Shown one piece after another: positions 24,310 to 38,289 of a DNA stretch of 64,000 nt; within the stretch, counting starts at the first letter, position 1, and the number at the start of each line of letters is the position of its first letter. The stretch comes from Convolutriloba macropyga (Eukaryota). The position numbers were made by a program, and so were the translations under genes. Location: contig NC_134478.1 of assembly GCF_964194025.1 (NCBI RefSeq), positions 20,956,001 to 21,020,000 on the forward strand, in the 5' to 3' direction. The notes beneath the pieces are model-generated. The model ran no database searches. It was given only the letters and a program-made list of their open reading frames with translations, and was not told the DNA's origin.

Positions 24310-25590
24310 AACTAACAGCCTCCCTCCGTCAACCACAGCTCCTATCAAGGCTTCTACAATTTCGCGCCGCCTTGACCCACGAATGCAGATGATTGAACTC
24401 CTCAGGAAAGCAAAACTGATTTTTGTCCTTAAATATGATATGTTATCAGTGTAGCTGTCCTCTTTTCGCGCAGAGAGCTTTGATGCCAGTTGTTTCAGCG
24501 CTTTTGAAGCTGATGGGCCAGCTCCACCATGGCCTGCAAAGACAAGCGGAAAAAATGTTGCCTTCTCAACCTGTTATTCTTTGTTCATATTTGTTCTTTT
24601 TAATAGATGCATGGTACTTGTAGGCTTCTCTACTGCTTTCAGGGCAACTTTTTGTTGAACCTCGATTCCCAAAGTCCGTTGGCCTTGGTATCTAATCTTG
24701 CATCACCATCAGTTGTCGTTGATTTAAGAGCAAAGGATTCCTCTTGCAACGGCTGAAGATGAGGTTCGATTTCGAAATCATGACAGACATCACCTAATAA
24801 TATTGCAATGGAATCGCGGAGTTCATTATGTCTCATGTATACGATCCTCTTTTCGGACGGTGAAGGGCATGTGCAACAGTGAAGTTTTCATTGCATGCGC
24901 ATAGTGATGGCATCTTCACTGGGTCCTAGCCATAGCGAAGGGCAATGCCATCACGAAACTCGCTTTTCGTTAGGTCAAAGTGATATCTTTTCATTGGCAT
25001 AGCGTTCAACCAGCTTGATGTACCCTTTTCACTAGCTGAGTCAAGTGGGCAAATCTTTTTATTATTCAATTCGCTCTTAATTCTCTTCCACTTTGATTTG
25101 ATAGCTAGCTCTTTCTTCTTTTTTTTCAGGTATGATTTTTTGTTGCTTTAGTTTGACTTCGGACAGAGATATGGTTAAGGGACTTGACAGTTGAACTGAT
25201 CGTTTTTATTCCTTAAGGCGGTCTTCAGGTTTAAGGATGTTCAGGCTACCCTCCCTTCTCCGCAACGAAAATATATCCCTGTATTTTGGATTGTAGGCGG
25301 GATTCTTTAACAGATTAGGTAATAGCTCATCGTTGATTGTTTTCGCACATTCTTTTAAAAGATGTTCAATATTGGTTATTGTACGTGCTAGAAAAGTCAA
25401 TTTGTGCTGGCCCAATGAAGGGAACGATTTTAAAAAACTTTGAGGTGAAATTTTGCCATGAGCGGCCAGCTTTGTCAACAACAATTTCTGTGGTTTTAGT
25501 GATCTTTCTACAAGTTTTTTCTGCATTATCAGAACCTATTGCACTACCAAGTACTCTACAATCGTCACCTGTTTCGAGTTTGTGGTGAAC
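24310..25590 (-). mobile_element. CRE-like non-LTR retrotransposon 3' fragment (restriction-like endonuclease)
   Basis: SSWLNAMP...EFRDGIALRYG, C-x-C...HAL knuckle, RHNELRD, EPHLQPL, ARLD..ANGLW. Confidence 0.78.
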
Positions 25591-25929
25591 AAAAATCTGC
25601 TGTGCTTTTCAAATGTTAAAGTACAAAATGTAGATGTATTTACATTTGTCTGAGACAACAATTTGAAAAATCCTATGGAAAATCTAAAAAAAATTGAACC
25701 GAAAATTTTCATATACAAAATTTAGCTTTTTTACAACTTCATATTCACGTCTGTTATCATTTCATTTAAAAAACTTTCCTTTTCGGGATTGTTCCATTTT
25801 AATGGCATTGTTTTATTATTCCTAGAGTAATTCAGGTTTTTGTCCTAACCCTCCGCGTCCTTGTTGTGGGTGTGTTGCAAATTTCGTTTTGCCAAAATAA
25901 TTTTAGCCCCGTAATCCGGTCAAAAATAT

Positions 25930-28300
25930 GATTTGAACAAATATTTTAGCTGGAGTTCCCACCCCCGATAACCTTAACGCGTGTTTAGCCCAGGCTTCAA
26001 CTTGCTGAGATATATATAGCTTCAAAGGTAGTCAATTTGTACTGTGCGACGTGCATCCAGAAATTTCTATTCAGTGCTACTCGTGGAAACACAATATTTA
26101 GCAAGGTGTTGACCCATATATGAATCCTTCTTTTGTGGTCCTCATATCCGAGTGGTAACAAACCGGTTTGTCTGCCCACATAGATGGATAGTCTTTTAGA
26201 TTTTATTTTATATGCAACTAGAGGCTTCATGTTTTTATCGAAAAATGATTTTCGGGTGGGAGAAATGACTATATTGTCACGTTTTGAATACCATTTGCTA
26301 GTCGCATAGATTTTCAATGATTTGCTCAAACAATTATGTGTATAGTTGCCTCTATACTTTTAAATGTTAGTTTTTCATGACATATGGTTTTTTGATGTTC
26401 TTTTGATTGTATTTTCAATTGATCTTTACCAACAGTTATAATCTTGTCTCGGACCATTAATCTGGATACTGATTTTGTTCCCATCATCCTTGTTCTTTGC
26501 AAGTGCCTGATCGAAAGCCATCCAACTAGTTGTCGCCTTTAATATTTGTGAAGCGTTTTTTGAACGCAGTTTTTCTTATGCTGAAGCGGTGTAAAGCTGC
26601 TAATATTCAGTTTTCTTCCTGTGTTAGTTGGGTTTTGAAACCAAAGACAGCTAATTGTCCTATCCATGCTCACATTTACGTTGATATCAAAAGCCAAATT
26701 TACTTCGTCGTTCCTTTTCTTTATTTTAAATTGCAGGTACTCGGGCATTGGAGCTGCAAATGCAGCAATCAACATCAAGTGTTTCGTACCGGTCTGGGTC
26801 ACCACTAACTGTTCAAACAAAGCCAGCTACAAAATGTTGAAAAGTTTGTTCAATTTTCGCGCATCCTCCCCCGCTGGTTGTTGCTACAGGATATACAAGT
26901 CCCAACAACTTCCTGTATAATGGCATAGGTCTTTTTTAGCATTTGGCATGAAAACAGTTTCTGCATAAGCAATATTCTGCTCCATTTCCTCAGAAAAACA
27001 CTTTTCGTGTCACATTTACATAGACTTTCACTGAGCTCTTGTTTATATAGTGATGCGTCAAACTTTTTCATCAACAATTTGACTAGTGTTACAGCCAATG
27101 AGCCACCCATAGCTAGGCCAACTGATTTCACAAAGCAGATGCTGTGAACGCTGGAGCCAGGGTTCTTGAGTACAACTCCCTTGTAACAATTTCTTTAGCT
27201 TCTCCAAGCGGCACATTGGTACACAACATTGTCGAAAGAAATTAACTCCAAATTTTCTCTGGTATCTTGAGTAATGGTTTCAGTGTTCGAGCTTGATTGG
27301 GTTTCGAAAAAGTGTTTCAAACATCTGTTTAAATTTGCTACAAGGTATTAAAAGTGCAGTACAGGATGGAGAGTGTAGTTTTGTGCATTTTTGCTAAACC
27401 ATGATGCCTGTTTAGTTGTGAACTAGTTTCTTTCATTATTTGATATATTTTTTACTGATTTCCGCGGGGTTCATCAATTGCTGGAAGCTTTCATTTTTCT
27501 GTTAATCAATATTTATCACAGTTTCAACGTTTTGGTTCTTGATGGTTTTGAACTGATCAGAATTAAAGCAAATCCGCAAGTTTTCTTCTGTACGTTGATA
27601 TTGTCATCACGCAGAGTCAGCAACCTCTGTCAGACATTGTCGCAAGCCAATCCTTAGCTTTTAGATGACCTGGTACTAATATCACCCCTCTGTGCACCAG
27701 AGTTACGCTTAGCTTTTGCATACCATTTTGCGGACACTTCAAGCTTTTAGAGATTCTTTATCTTCTTTTGTTGATCTTGCTCAATTGAATCTTGATTGAA
27801 CTTGTCTCTGACAGAGTGCTCTGTTTCGAAAGATAAGACTGTAAGTAAAAACTTTGGAAATTCACTTCTATCCATTATCACAAAATTACTATGAGTGCAG
27901 CTCCGCAACGTTCTGTCTTGTCACGCTGAGAGTTCATCAAACTTTCCATTTAGACTTATTTCAAGTATTGCGAAGTGATTGCTCATATCTTGCCTAATGC
28001 AGCTAACATTCGGTCGCCTCAGTTCTGGTCTCAGATTTTCCCTAAAGTTACTCTTTTTCCAATCATGTTTCCTCTGTACAGTTTACGGCGGTTACTCAGA
28101 AAAAATTTCCCTCCCAGCATCAAAAAATCCTTAATGACGTTACTGTTAGTGTTGTTTTGAAGATTTAATTCGACAATAACAGATTAATTGTGTCTTTTCA
28201 AAATGTTAAAGGCCTTGTAGTGGAGATTTCCAACGGTAAGCTCACACAGTCAAACCTAGAGTAATACATATGAGATGATTTTTAATCAGAACTGCACTTA
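25930..28300 (-). mobile_element. Degenerate Penelope-like element (RT + GIY-YIG)
   Basis: GLAMGGSLAV (RT motif B), LQF...LAFDINV, PLQHKKN, VAYKI...IYVG..T (GIY-YIG) and terminal EAIYI. Confidence 0.8.
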
Positions 28301-29481
28301 CAAGTCGTCTGCCGGTAGCCATTTTTAAAGCTCGTGAATCACATTTTTTTAATTACAACATCTTCTCTCTTTCTGGTGGCCAAACTCAACAATTCCTTAT
28401 TTTGATTCCAGCAAGAATTCTGTAAGTTTTTTCTGGTTGGCATCAATTTTTGTAACGGAACTGATGGTTCTGAATCTGATTAAAAAATTTCAAACAATCT
28501 GATGAAGCTAGCTGATAGAATTACAACTGTTATTCAAAAAAGGTTTGCCATAAAAATACCCCTGCGAGGTGAAAACTCTGAAAGAATACAATCTTTAAAC
28601 GATCTTCTCAACCATAGGACGGACGTGAGCTGGCAATTTTGCAACTCAAATTGATTGTCTGAAAATGTAATTGGTACCCAAAAAACTAGAAATTGAATCA
28701 AACTCAGCTACAACGAAATCGACAACCTGAAATTTTACTTAAAGGAAAGGCATACAATTTGTACAATGCAGAACAACAAAATTAAAAAAAAACCGTCGAT
28801 TAATTAAGTCCCATAGTACTAGAAATTGCAATTGTGGTTACTTCTGTTGATAAATAGAGTGTTTTCCTTCTTCTCTGTTTTCTCTGATTGACCTTAGGGT
28901 TAAATAGATCAAGAAGGAAAAACTTCTTGTTTTACTTTTGTTTGCTATCACTGATCTTCAGATTACAAAGATTTTAAGAAAATTTTGTCGTTCCTACCTA
29001 TTCATCAGTTTCCCCTCATTGAACTTCAGGTTACCCAGAGTTTAGGAATATAATAAGACTCCTACCTCTTGACTTTGTTCGAAGTGACCTTTAGGCTACA
29101 CAGAATTCGAATAGAAACTTAGGTCTTGCTCGTTCTTAACTTTGCTCGCAGTGACCCTCAAGTTACACAGATTTAAAGAAAACAATAAGTTTACCGTCTA
29201 CTCTTTACTTTGCTCGCAGAGGCCTTCAGTTTACACAAACAATCAAAATCTAAGGCATTAACTAAAAAGCAAATAATTTCAATGACGTCTAAACCCAATA
29301 ACAATATGCTGGTCCCCAAAAACAGTAACAGCAAATCAAAAGATCAGAAAACTAGAATTTCTTGTGCAACTTCTTCGAGCATAATGGGCAGAAACAAATT
29401 TTCTGTCAGAAAACATTTTGCTAACAAATCGAAGGTTATGTTTTCGATAAAAGCTCTATCAGAATCTAAAAAAACTGCTCC

Positions 29482-29482
29482 A

Positions 29483-29554
<72 letters not shown>
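29482..29554. repeat. (TA)n microsatellite
   Basis: ~36 dinucleotide units with one CA interruption. Confidence 0.97.
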
Positions 29555-29557
<3 letters not shown>

Positions 29558-29559
29558 CG

Positions 29560-30800
29560 CTGGAAAAAAATAAGATGGATGTTGAATTAAATCTTTTATA
29601 ATTACGGCTCTTGATGAGCAACTCAAAAATCTTGTCAAAACAACCATAACAACCGTTCAGAAAACACAAAATTTGATCCTAATGCACACAGCATATGAAT
29701 TCATTTGACACATCCATCTCAAGTCGGCAAGTCGCTTGAAAGACTCGAAGTTCCACGATAGATCAAAATTATCAGCCCTAAGCTATTTTTAACAAAGACA
29801 AAAACAAAAGAAAACAAAATTGAAATAAAAGGTGTGAACTGATTAAAACGAAATGGATCCCAGTTTTTCATTTCATCGGCATCTTGAATATGAATAGAAA
29901 GAAGCAAAGAGGCTGACGCATGAGTTAAAACTCAAAATGTCAGCAAGTGAACCAGGAATAAAAAGATTGGCTACTCCAAAGAGTATAAACATAATCAACT
30001 TCATTGCTCAAAACCTGCTTGATCTAAACAGAGAAGTAATTTCGCTAATAGTCAAATAAATTGCAATGATGACATAGTACGTTTAGCAGAAACATGAAAA
30101 ACTAATCAGGGTATTGAGACGTTTTTTCTAACTTCATATTTTTTACAGAAAACAATAAGAAAATAACTGATCTAAAAATGGAAAGTGGAGGATTTCTAAT
30201 TGCTGTAAAATCATCTTCTAAAAAAGAATTTGTTGCCAATGTTTTTTAGCTATGATGACTTCATTGTTGATACAATTTTTGTTCCATTGTCTTCGTTTTT
30301 AGTCTGCTGTATCTACAATGTGCCAGAAAAATGCAAATACTGGTGGTCAGGAAGTGATGTGAAAAATCTTCAGGAAATGTTAAAGCACCTAATTTGCACA
30401 CTAATTCAAAAACCGTAACAGGAAACAGGAGTTGAAAATAAAATAGAGAAATTTTGTGGGCGGACATGTACTTAACAAAGGAATGCCGAGAATTGCTTCT
30501 ATATCAATCTCTCAATTGTTGATCCAAGTCGGCTAGAACTTTTTCTATGCAGCAATCGCGACATAGTTCTCAGTTGCCATTATGGTTTTTATCTGCATAA
30601 AAGCCATAGTATCAATGACATTATGTGCTCTGACAATTTTAAAAACTTCATTCAACTAAATCTCTGAATTGATGCACCAAAAGTAAAGACAATTCCCTTA
30701 ATGGTTTTGATTGGAAAGAATTTATTAACCACATAACAAGTGATCCTTTCAAACATTTTTGCTGTAGCAATGTTGGTTGCTGTTTCAAGATTTTCTACAC
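29560..30800 (+). mobile_element. Decayed CR1-type LINE fragment (ORF1 end / endonuclease)
   Basis: Remnants LAET, GGFLIAVK, CIYNVP..KYWWS parallel the EN domain at 16640-17065. Confidence 0.6.
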
Positions 30801-33800
30801 CTAACGACGTCTTCAGCACGGTTTCTTTTTCTTGTTTTAGGACAATTGATAGAAAATTGTGAAACTCTTGTTCAAAAAAACTTCGTTCGTTCTGAGGAGC
30901 AAGAAGCCTAAAAAACCAGAAATTATGTCATTGTTAATGAATTGTTTAAAAATTTTACTTGAAAATTAATGCTTAATTTTGTCTTTTCAGTTTTGAATGA
31001 TATAATGACCTTTTACTGGAGACTGCCTATGGCAATGTTTCAGAGTCATGCCTTGCATGTTATCCTTTAGATATCGTACGTTCAAAACTGCACCCACCAG
31101 CCATCTACTGGCAGCCAATTCACAAGCTCAGGAGTAGATTTTGGCAATTTCAATAACCTCAATATTCCTGGTGGCAAAGCTCAACACTTTCTCAAAATTA
31201 TCCCACTCAAAGATCTACGCAAATTTGGTTTTTTTCTGTCGATAACGATTCGAGTAACGTCACTGACGGTTCTGAATCTGATTAAAAAAATTTCATACGA
31301 TCTGAAAAAGCTAGCTAATAGACTCGCAACTGTGGTCCTGAAAACATTTGCCAAATTAGCGCCGCTGCGAGGTCAAAACTTTGCAAGAGTTCAATCCATG
31401 ATCAATTTATGCAAACCAAAGACGGACATCAGTTCGAACTTTTGCAGCTCAAACAAGTTTTTTTAAAATAAATGATACATGAAATTTAGAGAAGAAATAA
31501 ATCTCAACTACAACAAAATCTACAACCTGAAAACTTACCTGAAAGCATGCAAACTGTACAATCCAGAATTTCGAAAGAAAAAGATTGAGCAATTTTGTGC
31601 CATATTAGTGGGAATTGATGCTCTAGTCCCTTCAGTTGATAAACAGAGTACTATTCCCTCTTCTTCTTTCCCTCTGAGTGACTTTCGGGCTACATATAGA
31701 TCAAGAAGGAAATCAATTTTTTGTACTCTCATTTGCTCTGAATGACCCTTAGGTTACATAGAGAGAAAGAAAATTTTAAGGTTCCTGCATACTCTCTAGT
31801 TGTCCCACAGTGACCTTGACTTAAAAAAAGAGTTTGAGAAAATATTAAGAGGTCCCTGCCAACTCTTTACTTTTCTCGCAGCGAATTTCAATTTCACATA
31901 GCTCAAAAAAATACTACGGTTCCGGTGAACTCTTTACGTTGCTCGCGGTGTCCATTCGGTTACAGAGTGTTAAAAAAATCAAGGTTCCTTCCTGCCTGCC
32001 CCTTATTTTGTTCTCGCTGACCATCAAGATACACAAAGACATACAATTAAAATCAAAGCCATTATGTGAAAATTAACAAATTCAATAAGAATAAAACCCA
32101 ACGAAAATACACCAGTCGCCAAAAAAGTAACAGAAAAAAAACCATCAAAATTTTTGTGTGCATCAATAAAAATAAAACCCAACAAACACACGCCAATCTC
32201 CAAAAAAGTAACAAGAAAAAAACAAACAAAAATTTTGTTTGCATCTTTTTCAAGTTTAGCAGAATTTTTCTCAATAAAATTAAGACTAAAATCTGATTGT
32301 ACTAATTTCAACAAGAGTTGTATCGACGTCCTAATTAAATAAGATAAAAACCTACTGAAAACATGAAAGAATTGAGCTGGGAAAGACATAATATGTCAGC
32401 TAAAATTGAAACTTTTGATAAAACAGCTCTCAATGAGCAATTCAAGGAACACCAAAAAAACTACATTTTTCCGTGTAAAGAAGAGAAAATTAACATATCT
32501 CTGGATATTGTGCAAAAAGAATATAAGTTTCTACATTTCGTTAAATTAGTTGGAGCTCGCAATACAGAAAAAATGGCAAATTTTTAGTCGAGAACTCTTA
32601 TAATTAGAATGAGGGGAATACATGAGTCAAAAAGCAAGCAAGCTGCTGAAGGATTACTAGAGGACCTCTAAAACGTAAAGCAAATAATCGATAATCTTAA
32701 CTTTGAGGACAAAAAATGATAAAACAATTTACTTAAAGAAAAGGCATACAATTTTTACAAGGCAGAACAACAAAATTTAAAAACCGTCGAATAATTAAGT
32801 CCCATAGTACTGGAGATTGCAATTGTGGTAACTTCTATTGATAAATAGAGTGTTTTCCTTCTTCTCTGTATTCTCTGATTGACCTTCGGGTTATATAGAT
32901 TAAGAAGGAAATACTTCATGTTTTACATTTGTTTGCTATCACTGACCTTCAGATTACAAAGATTTTAAGAAATTTTTGTCGTTCCTGCCTATTCATCAGT
33001 GTCCCCTCATTGAACTTCAAGTTACCCAGAGTGTAGGAATATATTAAGATTCCTACCTCTTCACTTTGTGTCCTTTGTGTCCTTTTTTACTTCGAAGTGT
33101 CCTTTAGGCTACACAGAGTTCGAATATAAACTTAGGTCTTGCCCACCTTTAACTTTGCTCGCAGTGACCTTCAAGTTACACAGATTTAAAGAGAACACTA
33201 CGTTTACCGTTTACTCTTTACTTTGCTCGCAGAGGCCTTCAGTTTACACAAACAATCAAAATCTAAGGCATTAAATAAAAAGCAAATAATTTCATTGACG
33301 TCTAAACCCAATAACCTCAATCTTCCTGGTGACAAAGCTCAACACTTTCTCAAAATTATCCCACTCAAAGATCTACGAAAATTTGTTTTTTTTTCTGTCG
33401 ATAACGATTTGAGTAACGTCACTGACAGTTTTGAATCTAATTAAAAAAAATTTCAAACGATCTGAAAAAGCTAGCTAATAGACACGCAACAATGGCCCTG
33501 AAAACATTTCCCAAAATAATACCCCTGCGAGGTCACAAATTTGCAAGAGTTCAATCCATAATCGATTTTTGCAAAACAAAGACGGACATCAGTTCGAACT
33601 TTTGCAGCTCAGACAAGATTTTTTTAAAAATAAACGATACATGAAATTTAGAGATGAAATGAATCTCAACTACAACAAAATCTACAGCTTGAAAACTTAC
33701 CTGAAGGCATACAAACTGTACCATCCAGAATTTCGAAAGAAAACGATTGAGCAATTTTGTGCCATATTAGTGGGAATTGATGCTCTAGTCCCTTCAATTG

Positions 33801-34499
33801 ATAAACAGAGTACTATTCCCTCTTCTTCTTTCCCTCTGAGTGACTTTTGGGCTACATATAGATCAAGAAGGAAATCATTTTTTTGTACATTTTTTTGCTC
33901 TGAATGACCCTGAGGTTACATAAAGAGAAAGGAAATTTTAAGGTTCCTGCACACTTTCTAGTTGTCCCACAGTGACCTTGAATTAAAAAAAAAGAGTTTG
34001 AGAATATTTTAAGAGGTCCCTGCCAACTCTTTACTTTTCTCGCAGTGAACTTCAAATTCACATAGATCAAAAAAATACTACGGATCCGGACAACTCTTTA
34101 CGTTGCTCGCAGTGTCCGCTCGGTAACAGAGTGTTAAAAAACTATCAAGGTTCCTTCCTGCCTACCCCTTATTTTGTTCTTGCTGACCATCAAGATACAC
34201 AAAGACATACAATTAAAATCAAACCCACTACGTGAAAATTAACAACTTCAATAAAAATAAAACCCAACGAAAATACACCAGTCGCCAAAAAAGTAACAGA
34301 AAAAGACGATCAAAATTTTTGTGTGCATCAACAAAAATAAAACCCAACAAAATATCCAAAAAAGTAACAAGAAAAAAAACAAACAAAAATTTCGTTTGCA
34401 TCTTTTTCAAATTTTGCAGAATTTTTCGCAAAAAAGTAAAGACTAAAATCTGATTGTACTAATTTCCACAAGAGTTGTATCGACGTCCTAATTAAATAA

Positions 34500-37400
34500 G
34501 ATAAAAACCTACTGTAAGCATGTAAGAATTGAGCTGGGAAAGACATAATATGTCAGCTAAAATTGAAACTTTTGATAAAACAGCTCTCAATGAACAATTC
34601 AAAGAACACCAAAAAACTACATTTTTCCGTGTAAAGTAGAGCAAATTAACATATCTCTGGATATTGTGCAAAAAGAATATAAGTTTCTACATTTCGTTAA
34701 AATTGTTGGAGCTCGCAACACAGAAAAAAATGGCAAATTTTTAATCGAGAACTCTTATAATTAGAATGTGGGGAATACATGAGTCAAAAAGCAAGCAAGC
34801 TGCTGAAAGATTACTAGAGGACCTCTAAAACGTAAAGCAAATAATCGAGCATCTTAACTTGTAGGACTTGGATGCACAATGCAGAAAAACAAAGAGAAAG
34901 TAATTCTTGTACACAAAGCAAGCGAAATGAGTAGAAACCTCAAACTCAAATACGCAAGTTGCTTGAAGGACTATAAGTACAGTGGTATAAGTACATCGAA
35001 ATATATCATTTGTGAAATGCCTAATGGAGACGCTATAGGAAAACAAAAACTTTATTAAAGAGGTGAATTAAAGACAAAAACAAAATAGGTCCAATGTTTT
35101 TACAAAGTGAACACCTTGAACTTGAGTGAAGGATGGTGATGCTTGAATTTTACACCAAATGTCAGTGAGGGAAACCAGGCGAGTTAAGACTGACTACTGC
35201 AAAGATGCACAAACATACCCACCTTCACTGATCAAAGTCTGCTAGATCTAAACAGACAAACAAAATTTTCTAAAATTCTATCAATTTGCAGTTATCACAT
35301 AGCTTGCAAAACATGGTTAACTACTGAGATCGGTCTTGTGGTTTGTTCTATCTTCAAATTTTTTGCTTGAAAGGTAAGAGTACAACTGATCTGAAAACTA
35401 AACATGGGGAGTAATAAGTGCTGTAAAACAATCGCTTAAACGTGAAACCCGGATAGTGCTTTATTGCCAAGATAACTTCCTCTTTGTTAGAATTTTAATT
35501 TTGTTTTTTTTTCTTTTTTAGTGTTCTGTATCTACAGTGCTTTTGAACAATGCAACCACTGGTGGTCAGTAAAAGACTACGGAAGTCTTCTTGAAAACTT
35601 ATAAGCACTTATTTTGCACACTAATTCAATAACCGTAGTAAGAGTCGAAATTAAATTACCTAATTATCGTGTCCTCAACAAGGAAATACGAGGATTTTCT
35701 TCTATATCACAATAAAAAACAATCTCTCAATTTTTGATGCAAGTCAGATAGATGTCCTCTTATGCTACAATCCGGTCATAGTTTGCGGTTGTCATAATTT
35801 TGAGCGGTAAAAAACCACAGAAATGATAATAAACCGTGCTCCGATCATCTTTGAGTCTTTTTTGGACTAAATTTCCAAAAAGATGCACAAAATTTTTGAA
35901 AAATCGAAAAAACTCTTCTTGAATTATACTGGTTAGAAATATTTTTATAACAACTTTTTACATAATATTTTCAAACTTTATTGCTACAGTAATGTTGATT
36001 TCGTTCTAGAACAATTGTACACAGCTATGAAACAATTTAAGACCAATCAATCCGGTTGTCACCAAAATTTCCGGCTAGTTATCAATCATAGTTCTGAGAT
36101 GACACACCCCATATGACAGGAAAAGATAAAGCCACAAATATTTATGAACCAACAAAAAAGAAAACCAGAAAAAGTAGTACTTTATCTATTAAAGCTGATG
36201 ATTCCTAATAATCACTAGCAAGGTATCCTATCACATATTGGAAACTAATTTAATAAAATGATGTTTTACGAGGGAATCATATCTGATATAACATGCTATT
36301 GACCGACCCTTAAGTCAATTACCAGTCCAATAAGTCTTAAACCGCATATACAAAAAACTGAGGAAAATTATTTTTTCAAAATGAAATTTACGCACTTTCA
36401 AGACTCAATTTTTGTTTTTAATTGTTTGGTTATCAAAAAAGCCGATTCACAACATTACAGTTGATCTCTTTTTAATTGTGCAATATTTTAAAATGAATCA
36501 TTCAAAGAAAAAACTATTCTGTATCTTAATTTAGCGAAACTTTTTAAAACCGTACGAAATAACGATTTGATATAAAAAACTTCAGAAAATCGGTGTCCGG
36601 GGAAAGATAATTGAGCCAATTTCTAAAAAACGGGCTAAAAATTTGAAAAACAAAAATAATGTTTTTGGTTTAGTAGAGGTCTCACAAGATCAAATACTCG
36701 GACCTCTTTTGGTCATCACAATTAAGAATGATTGGTTTGAACAATTTGACGATATCAATGATTTTCATATGCAGATGGTATGAAACTAATAAGTGACAAG
36801 CAGGATGATACAGAAACGCGGGTTTAAAAAATTTCAATTCTTATAAAGGAACTTGTAATGAATTTTTAATACAGCAAAACCGACCTGCTAATGGTTAGGG
36901 GTAAGATAGGGGCATCTATAGATCACCATCTGCTAGATAAAGACGCAATTTTGTGCTCCAATTTTAAGCAATTTTTTCTCGGAAAAACTGCGCGTTCAGG
37001 TATAAAAGGGGATATAAAAAGTGCATTCAAACTCAATTTAACGTTTCTCCAAAACTTGCAGCAGAAATCAAAGCTAAACATTTCTCTCGGTTACGTTGTG
37101 CCAATAAATACCTACTGCTCCTTCAGGTATAAAAGGGGGTATAAAAAGTGCATTCAAACTCAATTTAACGCTTCTGCAAAACTTTCAGCAGAAATCAAAG
37201 CTAAACATTTCTCTCGGTTACGTTGTGCCAATAAATACCTACTGCTCCCAGAAATGGTTCCAAACAAGTGGTAAATAAAAATTTTGAAATGCTAGAAAAC
37301 TGCTTTAACACGGAGTTCAAACGGAAAATGGAATTATAAATGGCGCCTCTTTACTCAAATATTACCCTGTCACAGTCTTTATATTGAAGTGCACGACTAT

Positions 37401-37805
37401 TGTACCTTTTTGCTCGGAAAGAAGGTAAGTATGACATTAAACTATCAAACCAGGATTATCTTTAAGAAAGTAATACCTGTCAACATAGCCATGGAGAATT
37501 ACACTTGAGCAAAAAGTGGCTAGTAAGGACTGACAAAATTTTTTTCCTTCGAACGAAATTCTTTACATTCAAGGTCCAAAAAGTGCAAAAAAATTTATAT
37601 AAAAATTTTTTGTAAAAACAGTGTCTTAAAAGTAGAGTTTTTCCTGTAATTGTAACACAGCGGATAACAATTGTACCTTGCGCATTATATGTAAATTTGG
37701 ATACTAAAACGGCAATCAGCAACTAACAGACTCGGACATAAGAAGGGACTCTAAACCGTAAAAAGCAATCTGAAAATCAGATTCTATTACCACTACTACT
37801 ACTAA
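34500..37805 (+). mobile_element. Heavily decayed CR1-type LINE with (ACT)n tail
   Basis: ORF1 IRMWGIHESKSK; EN remnants at 35230-35860; RT remnants (LYLNLAKLFKTV, ILGPL); CACTACTACTACT at ~37791-37803. Confidence 0.7.
36995..37249. repeat. Tandem duplication, ~127-bp unit x2
   Basis: TTCAGGTATAAAAGGGG...AATACCTACTGCTCC repeated head-to-tail. Confidence 0.9.
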
Positions 37806-38289
37806 ATTTATGACCCTAAGGTTTCACAAAAGGTTATATAGATGAAGGAAATGCAGCAGGCTCAAAGAGACTCGATCCAACAAAAGTAGAAATTCATAAT
37901 AAAACTAAGCGTAACTCGCATAAATTAACATTCAGTAAAAAAGTATTATTAGCAAAAAACTAATATAAACCATGGTTAATCATCTTTATGCGGACGGCAA
38001 CAAGTACAGAGACCTCTTTTTGCTGCCAGTTCCTGAACGTATTCTCAACTTCTTTATTGCGAGAAATCGTTTCTAAGATCTATGATTACGAAAGATCTAT
38101 CAAAGTTACTACGCTTCTTGGAGATTTTCGAATTGAAGCAAGCGAAGGACAGGAACGTTTTTTCAGAGCCGTAGGATGCTAAAAGGGTCAAATACTAAAC
38201 AACAAGAACGCACTGGAGGCATATTGAATAACCTTAGCCAGAAAAAAAAAGCGTCATAACGGTTAAGTGCTGTCCTTTGAAAGAGGTAC

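Larger units (their letters stand above)
28740..34860 (+). repeat. Local tandem segmental duplication
   Basis: 28735-29302 repeats at ~32728-33315, and 31151-32705 repeats at 33309-34860, both at high identity. An older paralog of ~31260-31740 lies at ~28460-28950. Confidence 0.9.

Noticed and set aside
29210-29669. ORFs with YIYIYI runs
   Set aside because: Translation of the (TA)n microsatellite.
32024-32389. Hydrophobic multi-TM-looking ORFs (also 34228-34546)
   Set aside because: Arise from A-rich low-complexity sequence in the duplicated block; frames are not preserved between copies.
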